This document shows, piece by piece, positions 6,224-6,494 of a stretch of DNA of 6,494 nt (its first letter is position 1; the number at the start of each line of letters is the position of its first letter). This DNA is from a virus (Duplodnaviria; Heunggongvirae; Uroviricota; Caudoviricetes). The position numbers were made by a program, and so were the translations under genes. Location of the stretch: the IMG/VR virus record IMGVR_UViG_2740892372_000012; one strand, written 5' to 3'. Below the pieces are notes generated by a model. That model had not been told where the DNA came from and did not search any database. It saw nothing but the letters and a program-made list of their open reading frames with translations.

Positions 6224-6488
6224 ACTCACCTCTTCTGATACCGAATCTTTTTACTCACGAGTTGCCGGAAGCGATTCGATATGGCTATTATCACTCAATG
6301 CACTGCCACAGCATTTCCTGCCGGGCCACCACGGTTCATCTGATTGAAACCGGCGATTGCCACTGCGACAAAATCATCAGCGTCTCTCACCAGTCGCTCC
6401 CGCGTCTCCACCAGCTCCCGAAAATAAGCTGAACTGAACCGCCCCGGGAATCCTGGAGACTAAACTTCCTGAGAAAGAGGTAAACAGG
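6224..6488. promoter_or_regulatory. Divergent intergenic control region between the leftward replication operon and a rightward gene starting at 6489
   Basis: No convincing ORF on either strand over about 265 bp. Plus-strand AAGAGG (6475-6480) followed 8 nt later by ATG 6489, with the gene running off the window. Candidate minus-strand -10 GATAAT (complement of 6287-6292) upstream of the initiator. Promoter elements are not confidently resolved. Confidence 0.35.
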
Positions 6489-6494
6489 ATGACT

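Noticed and set aside
6224-6229. GTG at 6229 as the initiator start (as in the ORF track)
   Set aside because: The SD (GAGG) would abut the GTG with no spacer; the ATG two codons downstream (6223) has a 5-nt spacing.
5883-6347. Plus-strand ORFs 5883-6074 and 6081-6347
   Set aside because: Antisense to the 5' part of the initiator gene and its start region; no SD; S/T-rich low-complexity translation.

Overview
This window reads as a segment of a lambdoid (Rac/Qin-like) enterobacterial prophage, with most genes on the minus strand. From right to left: a divergent control region (6224-6488) with the first codons of a plus-strand gene at 6489; a replication module, made of an initiator with a DnaT-like C-terminus (5129-6223) that carries phased GTGAC repeats and an AT-rich 12-nt tandem repeat inside its coding sequence (candidate origin), translationally coupled to a close DnaC paralog (4376-5122); two coupled genes of unknown function (3584-4354, 3155-3568); a visibly AT-rich cargo island (about 1500-3150) whose only gene is a plus-strand alpha/beta-hydrolase esterase (2030-2803); an orphan Hok/Gef type I toxin gene (1270-1425) with its own terminator; and a small ORF (824-1102) followed by a long minus-strand ORF (1-822) that runs off the window and is absent from the supplied ORF track. 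The points most worth follow-up are the candidate origin embedded in the initiator gene, the low-GC esterase moron, the orphan hok locus and the two unknown genes downstream of the loader; nothing here can be claimed as a new system from sequence alone. All protein-family calls are from motif recognition and recalled sequences, not searches.
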